Shown here: positions 38,180 through 48,200 of the stretch, piece by piece
Layout of the letters: each line of letters opens with the position of its first letter
Numbering within the stretch: the stretch's first letter is position 1
Assembly (NCBI GenBank): GCA_020052515.1
Contig: JAGVOW010000016.1
Coordinates: forward strand, 162-64,161
Reading direction: 5' to 3'
Origin: Brevinematales bacterium
Lineage (GTDB): Bacteria > Spirochaetota > Brevinematia > Brevinematales > JAOACQ01
DNA: 64,000 bases
Made by a program: the position numbers and the translations under genes
The notes under the pieces: model-generated
What the model saw: the letters and a program-made list of their open reading frames with translations, nothing else
The model's database searches: none
Told to the model about the DNA's origin: nothing

Positions 38180-40654
38180 TTATTCCGAAACTTTGACGCT
38201 GGATATAGAGGAGACCTCGTCATCGCCTACAATATCGATCAGTTTCAAGAGATTTGACTCAATTTTATCTACCTTAAAAGAAATCCTGCGCCCATTTTTG
38301 GTTGTAATGATTACCGCGTCATCCGGATCACAGATAGTAAAACTTGCTACCAGGCGGTCTTTACCCAGTCCAACCAATTTGTGGCCTTTTGCCCCACGGT
38401 GGATCAGTTCGCTGAAGTCGGAAGGCTTTACCTTTTTGCCCCTGCCGTCTTTAGTGACAAATATGACAAATCTATCCTCCTCAGCAACCGCCATTCCCAG
38501 GACTTCTTCCGTCACATTGGTTACAGCAGTGGCTTTTTCGCCGGAAACGCCCCGGTTGTGAATCGGGAAAAGCTTTTCGTCAAAGCGGAAGCCTTTGGAG
38601 TTCTTTTTGACCAAAAATAACTTTTTTGTTCCATCTGTAATAATCGCGCTTACCACAGCATCGCCTTCTTTAAGCTTCACACTATTGACTCCTGTGCGGT
38701 GGATATTCTCGAAACTCGAGAGCGAGATCTTCGCGCATTTGCCTTTTTTAGTAATAAATAAAATATTGTGCTGATCGGTAAATTCGCTTACTTTCAATAC
38801 GGCGGTGATCAATTCGCCCCTTCCCTCTATTTCCCGCAAACGGTCAATGTTGCGGATGTGGGAACGCGTGATTTTCCCATCAATATCGCCCTTTATCTCG
38901 TAAGCTTTGAGCGAATAAGTCCTGCCGTTGTCGGTTACAAAAAGGATAGTGTCTTTCAAGTAACCGGAAATGGTCGCAAAAATAAAGTCATCAGATTCGA
39001 GCCGGTCAATGTCAGTTACATCGCCCTTTCTTCCTCTTCCTCCCCGAAGGCCTGTTTTCAGCGAATTGTCTATTTCGCGAATCAGAAAACCTTTCTTTGA
39101 AACAGTGAGGAGGATCGGATCGTTGCTGATAAGCTCTTCCGCCTCAATTTTCTCGGTAACGATTTGTCCAAACGTAGTTTTTCTATCATCGCCGATTTCC
39201 TCAGCCATTTCAGCCAGCTCTTTCTTGATGATCTCATCTCTCCTTTTGGCATCAGCTAGAATTCCTCTGAGATCCTGAATGATTTTCTCTAAAGATAATT
39301 TTTCTTCTTTTAATTTATTCGTTTCAAGCCCGGTCAGCTTCTGGAGTTTCATGTCCAGAATAGCATCAGACTGAATCTCGGTCAATTTAAAGCGGCTCAT
39401 CAAATTGGCTCTCGCTGTAGGTGTATCCTTCGATGTCTTAATGACTTTGATCACTTCATCAATATTGTCTAAAGCGATGAGCAGTCCTTCCACGATATGA
39501 ATACGCGCCAATGCCTTGTCCAGGTCAAATTGAGTCCGGCGGATAATGATTTCCCTTCTGTGGTCGACATAGTGCCCGATCAGATCTTTCAGGGTCATTA
39601 AGCGGGGATGATTCTTGATAAGCGCGGTCATATTGACCTTCAGCCTCACCCTGAGGGCGGTTTGATTGTAAAGGGCGGTTTTAATAGCTTCTACATTGGC
39701 GTCTTTAAAAAGTTCCACAACAACGCGGATGCCTTCTTTATTCGATTCATCCCTTACTTCTTTTATTCCGCGCAGGATTAAGCTGTATTTGCTCTGGGTG
39801 TCTAAATAAAGAGTCGTGATTTCCTCGACTAATTTGGATTTAATGACGCGGTAAGGAATTTGAGTAATAATCAAATCTTTGTGCCCGCCTTTTTCTTCAA
39901 TAATAACTTTTCCAGCCAGCTCGATGGAACCATAGCCTTTCTCATAGGTTTCCAGTAAAGAGCCTGGGTCAGTCAAAATGCCGGAAGTAGGAAAATCAGG
40001 CCCTTTTATGTATTGCATAAGCTCACTTATGGTAATTGCCGGGTTTTCAATATAAGCGGAGATAGCTTCCGCCACTTCTCTGAAATTATGAGGCGGAATA
40101 TCTGTAGCAAGCCCTACGGCAATTCCCGAAGTGCCATTGCACAGGAGGTTGGGAAACTTGCCGGGAAGTACAGACGGTTCTTTTAAGGAGTCATCATAAT
40201 TCGGTTTAAAATCCACAGTATTTTTTTCCAGATCGGCAAGCACATACTCCGCGACTTTAGATAGTTTTGCCTCAGTGTATCTCATTGCCGCAGCCGGGTC
40301 GTCATCAATGGAGCCAAAGTTACCCTGGCCGATTACCAGCGGGTAGCGTAAATGGAAGTCCTGTGCCATTTTTACCATAGCCATGTAAATCGAAGAGTCG
40401 CCGTGGGGATGGTACTTACCCATAACGTCTCCAATGATGCGCGCGCTTTTTTTGGTCGGCTTGTCATGCCAGATAGCGGTTTCCGCCATGCTATAGAGAA
40501 TTCTTCTCTGGACGGGTTTAATGCCGTCGCGCGCTTCTGGAATAGCCCTGCCGGTAATTACGCTGTAAGCGTAATTCAAATAGGATGTTTTCATTTCATC
40601 TTCAAAGTAAGAGTCAATCAACTGCGAGGAATCAAAAATATCTTTCGCTGGCAT
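38180..40654 (-). CDS. gyrA: DNA gyrase subunit A
   Basis: '[19 protein letters not shown]', catalytic-Tyr region '[11 protein letters not shown]', GyrA-box-like 'LRGGRGRKG'. gyrB is not in the window. Confidence 0.8.
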   Translation of the reverse strand: MPAKDIFDSSQLIDSYFEDEMKTSYLNYAYSVITGRAIPEARDGIKPVQRRILYSMAETAIWHDKPTKKSARIIGDVMGKYHPHGDSSIYMAMVKMAQDFHLRYPLVIGQGNFGSIDDDPAAAMRYTEAKLSKVAEYVLADLEKNTVDFKPNYDDSLKEPSVLPGKFPNLLCNGTSGIAVGLATDIPPHNFREVAEAISAYIENPAITISELMQYIKGPDFPTSGILTDPGSLLETYEKGYGSIELAGKVIIEEKGGHKDLIITQIPYRVIKSKLVEEITTLYLDTQSKYSLILRGIKEVRDESNKEGIRVVVELFKDANVEAIKTALYNQTALRVRLKVNMTALIKNHPRLMTLKDLIGHYVDHRREIIIRRTQFDLDKALARIHIVEGLLIALDNIDEVIKVIKTSKDTPTARANLMSRFKLTEIQSDAILDMKLQKLTGLETNKLKEEKLSLEKIIQDLRGILADAKRRDEIIKKELAEMAEEIGDDRKTTFGQIVTEKIEAEELISNDPILLTVSKKGFLIREIDNSLKTGLRGGRGRKGDVTDIDRLESDDFIFATISGYLKDTILFVTDNGRTYSLKAYEIKGDIDGKITRSHIRNIDRLREIEGRGELITAVLKVSEFTDQHNILFITKKGKCAKISLSSFENIHRTGVNSVKLKEGDAVVSAIITDGTKKLFLVKKNSKGFRFDEKLFPIHNRGVSGEKATAVTNVTEEVLGMAVAEEDRFVIFVTKDGRGKKVKPSDFSELIHRGAKGHKLVGLGKDRLVASFTICDPDDAVIITTKNGRRISFKVDKIESNLLKLIDIVGDDEVSSISSVKVSE

Positions 40655-40729
40655 GGTCAGTTTACTCCTTCAGGCATGATTATAAAGGAAGGATTTAGGT
40701 CTGTAAAGTAAAAGAGGCGAGACTTAATT

Positions 40730-40770
40730 CTCCCTTTTGAAAGGGGCAAATCCCCCTTTCAAAAGGGAGG
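40730..40770. repeat. Long GC-clamped hairpin (17-bp perfect stem)
   Basis: ctcccttttgaaagggg-caaatc-cccctttcaaaagggag. It is part of a repeat mosaic in the gerM-like/gyrA spacer. Confidence 0.9.
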
Positions 40771-40847
40771 ATGTCGCTAAATTGAAAAACGGGCAGTTTA
40801 TCGGGCGCTGAGCGGAGCCGAAGTGCTTATAGGAAAATGAAATAAAT

Positions 40848-40871
40848 GTCATTTCGACTTCGCTCAATGAC
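40848..40871. repeat. Dispersed repeat family B copy
   Basis: gtcatTTCGACTTCGCTCAatgac, with terminal inverted repeat gtcatt/aatgac. Confidence 0.8.
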
Positions 40872-40916
40872 CGGAAAATCAATTTATCGACAACCTCAAG
40901 GGGGAAGGGGGGATTT

Positions 40917-41606
40917 TCAGCGCAATGGGAAACTGGGCAGGGAAGAAAAGGGGTAAATGGGATTGTGGATCATGAAACCGTCTCCACCCAGATATTCAGC
41001 CGGCTTTCCTTCCAGATAAAAATAGACCGCTTTTATCTGGGAAAACTGAGCGGCAGTATAAACAATTTGATAGATCTGCACTTTGTAGCCCGTGATACCG
41101 TAAGAATTATAAGAAAAATTGTCGCTGAAATCGATAAAAGCGATGTTGTTTTTGATCCAAACCTTTCGAACCTTTGTGTTTAGGGGAACTAAATTCAGAA
41201 AATCATTCTCCCTGTATTGAATCAAGGCCTCTAAAACGTCTTTTAAAGGAGAGGATGACTTCGGCAGCATCACTTTTTTTTCTACCAGTTGTATTTCCCT
41301 GGCTTTCTGCACAGCGAGAAATATTTTTACCGAAATTCCATTTCCCTCTATTCCCGCGGAAGAAAGAGGAATAGTCACAGAATTATTAGTTTTTGGTGTT
41401 TCTTTGATTTGAGGAATAGGAACAAAGTTAGTTAAGGAAAAATAATTGGTATTGCCTTTCGGGGGCTGCCAGAAACTTAAATTCTTGAAGCTGTTGGAGG
41501 AATAGGCAATAAAAAAAGCAATCACAGCGCCTGTCAAAATCCAGACAAGAGGGGTATATTTGCCAGCTTTTCTTCTTCTTTTACTTTTACTTTTTACAGG
41601 AGCCAT
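40917..41606 (-). CDS. GerMN-domain protein with N-terminal membrane anchor
   Basis: 'PLKDVLEALIQ', 'IAFIDFSDNF' and 'QIYQIVYTAAQFSQIKAVYFYLEGKP' match the GerMN pattern. Confidence 0.6.
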   Translation of the reverse strand: MAPVKSKSKRRRKAGKYTPLVWILTGAVIAFFIAYSSNSFKNLSFWQPPKGNTNYFSLTNFVPIPQIKETPKTNNSVTIPLSSAGIEGNGISVKIFLAVQKAREIQLVEKKVMLPKSSSPLKDVLEALIQYRENDFLNLVPLNTKVRKVWIKNNIAFIDFSDNFSYNSYGITGYKVQIYQIVYTAAQFSQIKAVYFYLEGKPAEYLGGDGFMIHNPIYPFSSLPSFPLR

Positions 41607-41626
41607 CTCTTACCTTTCTTTATCTA

Positions 41627-42094
41627 TCAGGAAATTTCTTCTTCTTTCTCCAACAAAAGATCATAAAGGTCTTTGGAGCTTTTCACTCCGGAGACAGAGG
41701 AACTAATGTCCGTTTTTTCAAAGATCTCAGCAATTACCCGCAACACTTCTAATTGCTCATGAGGGCTATAATCTTCTGAGGTAATAGCGGCAAAAAACAA
41801 CTGAGAAGATTTTTTATCATAAGATTCAAAATCTTTTCCTTGAGAATCATAAATAACCACCAGGTGCATTCCGCTCACCTTCGAGCTTCTGCCATGGGGT
41901 ATAGCAAGGCCGTTGCCAAGGCCTGTTGAACCTTTCTTTTCTCTTTCAGAGAGAGCTTTATAAACATCTTTTTTGTCGATAGAAGGATGTGACAATGCCA
42001 TAAAATCTGAAATGTTATGCATAATATCGTCTTTTGTTTTTCCATTTAAGCCAATCTTCACATATTCCGGCTTTAACAGCTCCTTCAACCTCAT
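41627..42094 (-). CDS. ptsN: PTS EIIA(Ntr)-type nitrogen regulatory protein
   Basis: 'EREKKGSTGLGNGLAIPHGR' with the phosphorylatable His. Confidence 0.75.
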   Translation of the reverse strand: MRLKELLKPEYVKIGLNGKTKDDIMHNISDFMALSHPSIDKKDVYKALSEREKKGSTGLGNGLAIPHGRSSKVSGMHLVVIYDSQGKDFESYDKKSSQLFFAAITSEDYSPHEQLEVLRVIAEIFEKTDISSSVSGVKSSKDLYDLLLEKEEEIS

Positions 42095-42313
42095 AAGACC
42101 GCCTCCTTAGATTCAGAAAACCGATTTTGTTCTCAACTAACAAACCCTACAGAAACTAAGTTTAACAAGGAATAAAAATAAAATCAAGAGAAATAAGGTA
42201 TTCGATTTTCGCGGCTAATTAACCGCGAGTATGATTCACATTATCTCAATAATAAAAATGTTTTTAGAGGAATAAAAAACAAATTTTTCTCTTCAACAAC
42301 TAAATGGTCCTGT

Positions 42314-43718
42314 TTAGTGATTATGATGCCGAAGGGGGGCATTGTTTAATTGATTTTTCATAAAAGACTTTATTCCATTCTTATCCTCATTACGAATATT
42401 ATTCCTGAATTTTACTTCGATTGGTATTCTATGTTGTCCCGTGGTCAATACAAAATCTACTTCTGGTTCATTATTTCTTTCAGGGAAATAAGATATATCT
42501 AATCCATGGATGGATGATAGCATAGACCCCACAATGCTTTCAGCTAAGTGACCGGCAATGGCATCTTCCGCCTCATTGCTATTGTTGCCGGTTAAAGAAA
42601 TATTTTCCTGCAGCCAGATGGCCCTCAAGCTATGATCGGCAAGGCATATTTTTGAATTACTTTTTTTCTTTTTCAGCCGGATTTCCAGCGGTTTGATTAA
42701 AATTATTAAAAGAGTATCATTTAGAAATTTTGGATAGCTGGTAATCCTTTGGGGCCCAATATTAGCGTGCAGGGTGCCTCGAAGTTCTTCCAGCAATGTT
42801 CTGATTCCGGGAGCCTGTCCCGCATATCTGCATCCAAGCCTGAATAAATTCTTCCAGTAAAGCAGAATCTCGCTTCCGGCCTTTTTCACCCAACCGTAGA
42901 TCATGCAGAATTACCCGGTGGATAATATTTTCATTTAACTGATCGGCTATCTGGGGCCATTGGGCGGTTTTGATATGAGCTATTGGATAGGCCCCTAGAT
43001 CGGAGAAGAGTTGAAAAACAGTATCCCGATATTCACGATTAGCTATCCCGTATTCCGCTAAACCTCTCCAGAATTCCTTTTTAAACAAGATAGTTAAACC
43101 ATTGTCCGGCAAATAAGGATCGGGGGATTTCATGCCTCTGATAGCGCCTATTTCAGTCAGTGAAAGAGGCGCGGCATTGATAGTCGAAATCCTTCCCGCC
43201 AGGCTGTCTCGCCCTTTCTCAATTCGAAGGGCGGAACTTCCGGTTACTACCGCTTTGACGCCCGTTGTGTCCAGCATTAGTTTCAACTGCGGTGCCCAGT
43301 TTTCTATATTTTGAATCTCATCCAGAAAAAAATAAACCTTTTCTCCTTTCCGTATTATGGCATTAACCCGTTTTTTGATAACTTCCTTTTCATACCATGT
43401 CAATAAACCCAAAATTGGGTTTTCCATTTTGAGTATTTCGTTGATTTCATCAAACTGAACCCAGAAAATATTAAGCGGCGGAATCCCGGAGTCTAAAAGA
43501 TCGATGATGAGTTGTTTAAGGCTGGTCGTTTTTCCGATCTGGCGACTTCCACGTACAACCACAGCGGGCGCCAATCCGGAATCCAGCCTTTTTTTAATTT
43601 GAGTTACCAGATGTCTTCTGAATGGAGGCGCCAGAGGCCTGGCAGAAGAATCCTCCCACCATTCATTCATACGCCGAAGCTGTTCTTTTAATATTTCGTC
43701 AATCATATTACCCTTCAC
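42314..43718 (-). pseudogene. AAA+ ATPase with DUF4143 C-terminal domain, split by a +1 frameshift
   Basis: ORF 42762..43718 carries Walker A 'GSRQIGKTT'. ORF 42314..42904 carries 'EPEVDFVLTTGQHRIPIEVKF'. The frames join at ...DSALLEE|LFRLGCRYAGQ across a 3-nt T run (plus-strand aaa, 42846-42848). Confidence 0.7.
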
Positions 43719-43790
43719 AATCCTCGATTTCTTCTTATTTCTAATAGATATTGTACTCTTAGGACGAAAAAAACATAAAAAATTCGATTT

Positions 43791-45539
43791 TTACTCCACT
43801 CCATTATCAATTTTTAAATTCCCTTTCGAAGGCTCATTACCGTAAAAATCAAAAAAATCTTTCATGGTGTGAAGGTGTTTGATGTTGTGATTTAAGTAAT
43901 CAGGCAAAGAAAATAGCTGGCCTTTGTCGTTTAAAAAATCGTGTATGTGCCGGATAGTTATTTTTTCTTTCTTGCAGAAACCCTCAATGGATTTCATTAA
44001 TTGGGGGTCAAAAACCAGAAAAGTGTGCGGTTCTATTTCGATAATGTGATTCTTAAAATGGTCTTTAATTTGAAAGGAATAATGAGCGTTAACCTGAATA
44101 ATCTGGTAAGAATCCATCTTATCCAGAGAAAGGCTGTTAATAAGGCTTTCTATCCCTTCAGCCACGTTTTGCGGCAAGGCATGCTTTGAGTGAGCTTTCA
44201 AAAACTCCAGTACTTCTTCTTTTTTTATCCCATAAGCAAAAGAGCGGTAAATAGATTCTTTTGTAATCTTGAATAAAGAGACAGTTTGTATAGTCAGAGG
44301 TTCGGCAATAATGGCCAGCTTGAACAATATTTCCGGTTTCAAATAGGGCTCTACTATTACTTCATAATTTGCTTCCACAATGAAATTATCCTCAGAAAAG
44401 TGTCCGCCAAAATCCACGTGGTTTAAAAGGGAAGCATGCGGTTCATTCATAATAATAGCGTCTTTTGCTATGGAAATTGTGCCCGGGCTGCCTCTCTGCA
44501 GAGTAGCGATATTTTCTACCTCCAGGCTTTTGACAAAAAGGACAAAACGAAGTTCTTCCTGTTGAAGCAGCAGTTTCAGGCTTTTTGCTTCATTTTTTAG
44601 GGCAATATAAATTTCATTATTCAGATAATAGAAAAAGAGTTCCCGCAAAGGGATGCATTTTTTGTCGACATAGGAGCGGAGGCCCAGAATTTTTAAAGTC
44701 ATAAAAGCGCTTTTGCGGAAATCAAACTTGTCCATAAAATCATATAGGAAAATAATGAAGAGCTGTTCGTTAATAGATAGTTTTAAAATAGAATCTAAGA
44801 GAGATTTATTTAAAATGATCCGGTTGTTAAACTTCTGAAAAAAGCCAAAACGGCAGAGTTTTTTGATAAGTGTTTCCAGCTCATTCTTTTCTCCAAAATC
44901 GGCAAAAAATTCCAGCATCTTTGCGAGGTCAATTTTATGAATTTCGTTGGTCTCAGAGCTTCGCGGAGCGAAATTGATCACATAAGAAATAAATCCGGCA
45001 ATCAAAGGGATATAATGGGCCGTGAGCAGGTCTTTCCCGGAGATTCCGCAATAGGTCGCAGGATGATTGTTCAGTATGCGTTCGGCTTCTGCTGACGGGT
45101 TAATATTTCTTAGAAATATAGGAGGCGAGAAGAAAAAATTATACCGCTTGAGCCGTTCGTATTTAAAAAGAAGAAATTTTTTAAATAGTGAATTCAGAGA
45201 AGCCGACAATTCATCAGGATGAAAATGAAAAATAGTGGCGATGATTTTTAAAGTGGATTCAATATTATCATAAACAATCCAGCCAAACCCGTTTTTCATA
45301 ATATAAAGGAGCAATTTTTCTGCGTTCGAAAGAGACCCATAAAGTTCGAGGGCATTCTTTGAAATAAAGTCCGAAACCTGGTTCAATCTTTTGCGGTTTT
45401 CCTCGCCGTCATAAGACATTTCCATGTCTGAATGGAAGAAATAGTCATAAATTTTTTTTACCAATTGCGGCTCTTCCTGTATCATCCAGTCCGTTACGGT
45501 AACATTGCTCAATTGGCTGGTATCTTTTCCTTCTAACAT
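43791..45539 (-). CDS. XPB-associated protein with p52/Tfb2-like regions
   Basis: 582 aa, 11 nt downstream of the XPB gene. 'FIVEANYEVIVEPYLKPEILFKLAIIAEPLTIQTVSLFKITKESIYRSFAYGIKKEEVLEFLKAHSKHALPQNV' parallels human p52 '[69 protein letters not shown]..LPPTI' (recalled from memory). 'LIKKLCRFGFFQKFNNRIILNKSL' parallels p52 'LQHLREFGLVFQRK..YYPTRLA'. Confidence 0.45.
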   Translation of the reverse strand: MLEGKDTSQLSNVTVTDWMIQEEPQLVKKIYDYFFHSDMEMSYDGEENRKRLNQVSDFISKNALELYGSLSNAEKLLLYIMKNGFGWIVYDNIESTLKIIATIFHFHPDELSASLNSLFKKFLLFKYERLKRYNFFFSPPIFLRNINPSAEAERILNNHPATYCGISGKDLLTAHYIPLIAGFISYVINFAPRSSETNEIHKIDLAKMLEFFADFGEKNELETLIKKLCRFGFFQKFNNRIILNKSLLDSILKLSINEQLFIIFLYDFMDKFDFRKSAFMTLKILGLRSYVDKKCIPLRELFFYYLNNEIYIALKNEAKSLKLLLQQEELRFVLFVKSLEVENIATLQRGSPGTISIAKDAIIMNEPHASLLNHVDFGGHFSEDNFIVEANYEVIVEPYLKPEILFKLAIIAEPLTIQTVSLFKITKESIYRSFAYGIKKEEVLEFLKAHSKHALPQNVAEGIESLINSLSLDKMDSYQIIQVNAHYSFQIKDHFKNHIIEIEPHTFLVFDPQLMKSIEGFCKKEKITIRHIHDFLNDKGQLFSLPDYLNHNIKHLHTMKDFFDFYGNEPSKGNLKIDNGVE

Positions 45540-45550
45540 AAAAGCCGCCT

Positions 45551-47248
45551 TTAATCCGAAGATTTTAGTTCTAGATCCGGTATGGACAGAGCCTCTTCCT
45601 TTTCCGGGTAATGAATAATTGAATAGTGGTAACCCTGCTCTAACAGGAACATCTGTCTTCTTCTGGCAAATTCTTCTTCCAGGGTATCTCTGGATACCAG
45701 TGAATAGAAATAAGCCTTGCAGGACTCCGGCCTTAATATTCTTCCAAGCCTCTGGGCTTCTTCCTGTCGGGACCCAAATATGCCGGAGACCTGTATTGCC
45801 ACATCCGCGATCGGCAGGTCAATAGAGAAATTTCCCACTCTGGAAACAATCAATGCTGGTATTTTATTATTCCGAAAATCGCGGTACATTATTTCTCTTT
45901 CATGGTTCGGCGTTTCCCCTGTAATCAATGGAATACCGAAAATCCGGGAAATTTCCTGAAGCTGGAAGATGTAATGGCCAATAATCAGAATGTGATTTTC
46001 TTTGTGGAAATGGAGCAATTTTTCCAGAATTTTCAGTTTATTAGGATTTTCTGAGGCGATCCGGAATTTCTGTCTCTGGGAGGAACGCAGGTATTCAAAA
46101 GAATTGCCTTCATTGAGGGGTATTTTTATTTCATAACAATAGGCTGTCGCTATCCAGCCTTCTTTTTCGAGGGCCTTCCAGGAATATTCGTAAATTTTCG
46201 GGCCGATCAGCGTAAAAACTTCTGTTTCCAGATTGTCTTCCCTGACCAGTGTGGCTGTTAAACCAAGTCTTCGCTTGCCTTGAATGAAAGTGGTCATGCG
46301 GAAAATAGGCGCCGGTAAAATATGCACTTCATCATAAATAATAAGGCCCCAGTTTTTCTCAGTAAATATGCCGATGTTGCGCATTTCCTCGCTTCCGGCA
46401 TTTTTATGAATCAACATATTATAAGTTGTGATGGTTACCGGCTTGATGATTTTCTTCTGCGCGGTGTATTCGCCTACATCATCCGGGTTTAAGGAAGTTT
46501 TGTCTAAGATTTCTCTTGTCCATTGACGGATCGCTTCGACGCTGGTAGTAATAATGAGGGTATATTCTTTTATCTCATTCATAATACCGATGCCTACGAT
46601 GGTTTTGCCCGCGCCGCAAGGAAGTACTACAACACCGCTTCCCTCTTTCCATCTCATGAAGTTTTCAATGGCTTCTTTCTGATAATACCTGAGAGAAAAC
46701 CCTTTCTCTTCTAAAGAGTTTTCTCTCAAGTGTAGTTCCAGTCTATTTCCGCTGTCAAAACCAGCTATGTCCTTGACGGGTATCAGGTGCTTGATTAGCT
46801 CGTTCTTGATACTGCCGCGATTTTGTTTATCGATGATCAGAGTGTTTTCCGGGCCTTTCTTTACTATATACTGCTGAATCAGGCCTTCCACTTTTTCGAA
46901 AAGTTTTTCATCTTTTATTTCAATTAGAATATTTTGAGGGTCTTTGCTTTTTAATACCACTTTTCCATAGATAGAATAATGCCGTTCAATGTATTCAAGA
47001 ACATTCTTTGGTATATCAAACTTTTTATAATTTTCCAGACAGGAAATAATGCCATCCAATGGAATGCCGTTCGCGGCTGAATTCCAGAGAGAAATGGGAG
47101 TAATACGGTAAAAATGGATGTGCTCCGGTGTTTTAGAAAGCTCAGAAAATCCTATCAGCCTTTTTCTCACTTCTTCAAATTGAGGATGATGAGTGTCCAA
47201 AAGGATTGTTTTGTCAGATTGCACAGCAATAACTTTGTTTTCTTCCAT
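45551..47248 (-). CDS. XPB/Ssl2/Rad25-type SF2 DNA helicase-translocase
   Basis: N-terminal XPB-type domain ('PEHIHFYRITPISLWNSAANGIPLDGIISCLENY...SIYGKVVL'), Walker A 'LPCGAGKT', 'IYDEVHILPA' and RED motif 'TATLVREDN'. Confidence 0.85.
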   Translation of the reverse strand: MEENKVIAVQSDKTILLDTHHPQFEEVRKRLIGFSELSKTPEHIHFYRITPISLWNSAANGIPLDGIISCLENYKKFDIPKNVLEYIERHYSIYGKVVLKSKDPQNILIEIKDEKLFEKVEGLIQQYIVKKGPENTLIIDKQNRGSIKNELIKHLIPVKDIAGFDSGNRLELHLRENSLEEKGFSLRYYQKEAIENFMRWKEGSGVVVLPCGAGKTIVGIGIMNEIKEYTLIITTSVEAIRQWTREILDKTSLNPDDVGEYTAQKKIIKPVTITTYNMLIHKNAGSEEMRNIGIFTEKNWGLIIYDEVHILPAPIFRMTTFIQGKRRLGLTATLVREDNLETEVFTLIGPKIYEYSWKALEKEGWIATAYCYEIKIPLNEGNSFEYLRSSQRQKFRIASENPNKLKILEKLLHFHKENHILIIGHYIFQLQEISRIFGIPLITGETPNHEREIMYRDFRNNKIPALIVSRVGNFSIDLPIADVAIQVSGIFGSRQEEAQRLGRILRPESCKAYFYSLVSRDTLEEEFARRRQMFLLEQGYHYSIIHYPEKEEALSIPDLELKSSD

Positions 47249-47285
47249 GAACCCTCTTCTATAGCCGAATAAAAAAAGATGTTTA

Positions 47286-47314
47286 TTTTAATAAAACCTT
47301 TTTATTTAGTCAAA
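47286..47314 (-). promoter_or_regulatory. sigma70-type promoter of the XPB operon
   Basis: The minus strand reads TTGACT-N17-TAAAAT. The -10 element ends ~38 nt upstream of the XPB ATG. Confidence 0.5.
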
Positions 47315-47354
47315 TTAATGAGGGCTTTGTGTGGGCTTTGGAGAGTGACTCGTT

Positions 47355-48200
47355 TTATGCCAATCCTCTACCGACTTGATTTACAGCGCGGGAAAGGGTT
47401 TCATCCCCTGCCTGTATCACACGCTGGTTGGCTTCGTAAAGGCGGTTTATTTCAATCATTCGTGTCATTTCTATGACGGGGTCTACATTGGACTTTTCGA
47501 GAAAACCCTGATGAATTTTTGCCCGGTTCTCTTCCATAACGAAAGCCTTGCCGGAAAAATCGCTTTCCTTGTAGAGAGTATGCCCGTCTTTTTGCAGATA
47601 GCGTTTCTCCGGAAAGTCTACGATTTTCAAGCGGTCAAGCTTGATCATATTCTTCCATTCATTTCCTGCTTTGTCCACAAAATCTTCAGGTTTATAATCC
47701 GAGTTAATATAGACATTTCCTTCTTTATCAATCTGGAAATTGTTCTGGGCAATTCGAATAGCGCCGTTTTCGCCCATCACTTTATTGCCATGCATATCGA
47801 CCAGATAACCGTCAGAGCTGATTTTAAAATTGCCGTTGCGGGTGTATTTTTCGCCTTCTTCGCTCATCACTGTCAAAAAGCCTTCCCCTTCCAGGGCGAT
47901 GTCAAACTCATTGCTTGTTTCCAGAAGACTTCCCTGTTCATATCGGATGAAGGATTCATTAAACTCAACCCCGGTGCCGAGTTTTCCGACAACCGGCGCG
48001 AGGTCGTAGCTTCCCAGCGGGAATTTGACCACGCCGTCATCATTGATCCGGCGCATGAGAAGTTCCGGGAAGGCCTTTGTTACACTGGTTTCCCTTTTAT
48101 AGCCGTCTGTATTCACATTAGCTAGATTGTTTGCCACGACGTTCATTTCTTCCATCGTTGCCATCATTCCGCTCGCGCCTGTATAAATTCCCCTGACCAT
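47355..48200 (-). CDS. flgG: Flagellar basal-body rod protein, FlgF/FlgG family
   Basis: 'GIYTGASGMMATMEEMNVVANNLANVNTDGYKRE' at the N-terminus and 'RMIEINRLYEANQRVIQAGDE' at the C-terminus. Confidence 0.8.
   Translation of the reverse strand: MVRGIYTGASGMMATMEEMNVVANNLANVNTDGYKRETSVTKAFPELLMRRINDDGVVKFPLGSYDLAPVVGKLGTGVEFNESFIRYEQGSLLETSNEFDIALEGEGFLTVMSEEGEKYTRNGNFKISSDGYLVDMHGNKVMGENGAIRIAQNNFQIDKEGNVYINSDYKPEDFVDKAGNEWKNMIKLDRLKIVDFPEKRYLQKDGHTLYKESDFSGKAFVMEENRAKIHQGFLEKSNVDPVIEMTRMIEINRLYEANQRVIQAGDETLSRAVNQVGRGLA

Noticed and set aside
47376-48125. 249-aa ORF antisense to the flgF/G-family gene
   Set aside because: It is a shadow ORF. The opposite strand has clear flagellar rod N- and C-terminal signatures, and this frame has none.
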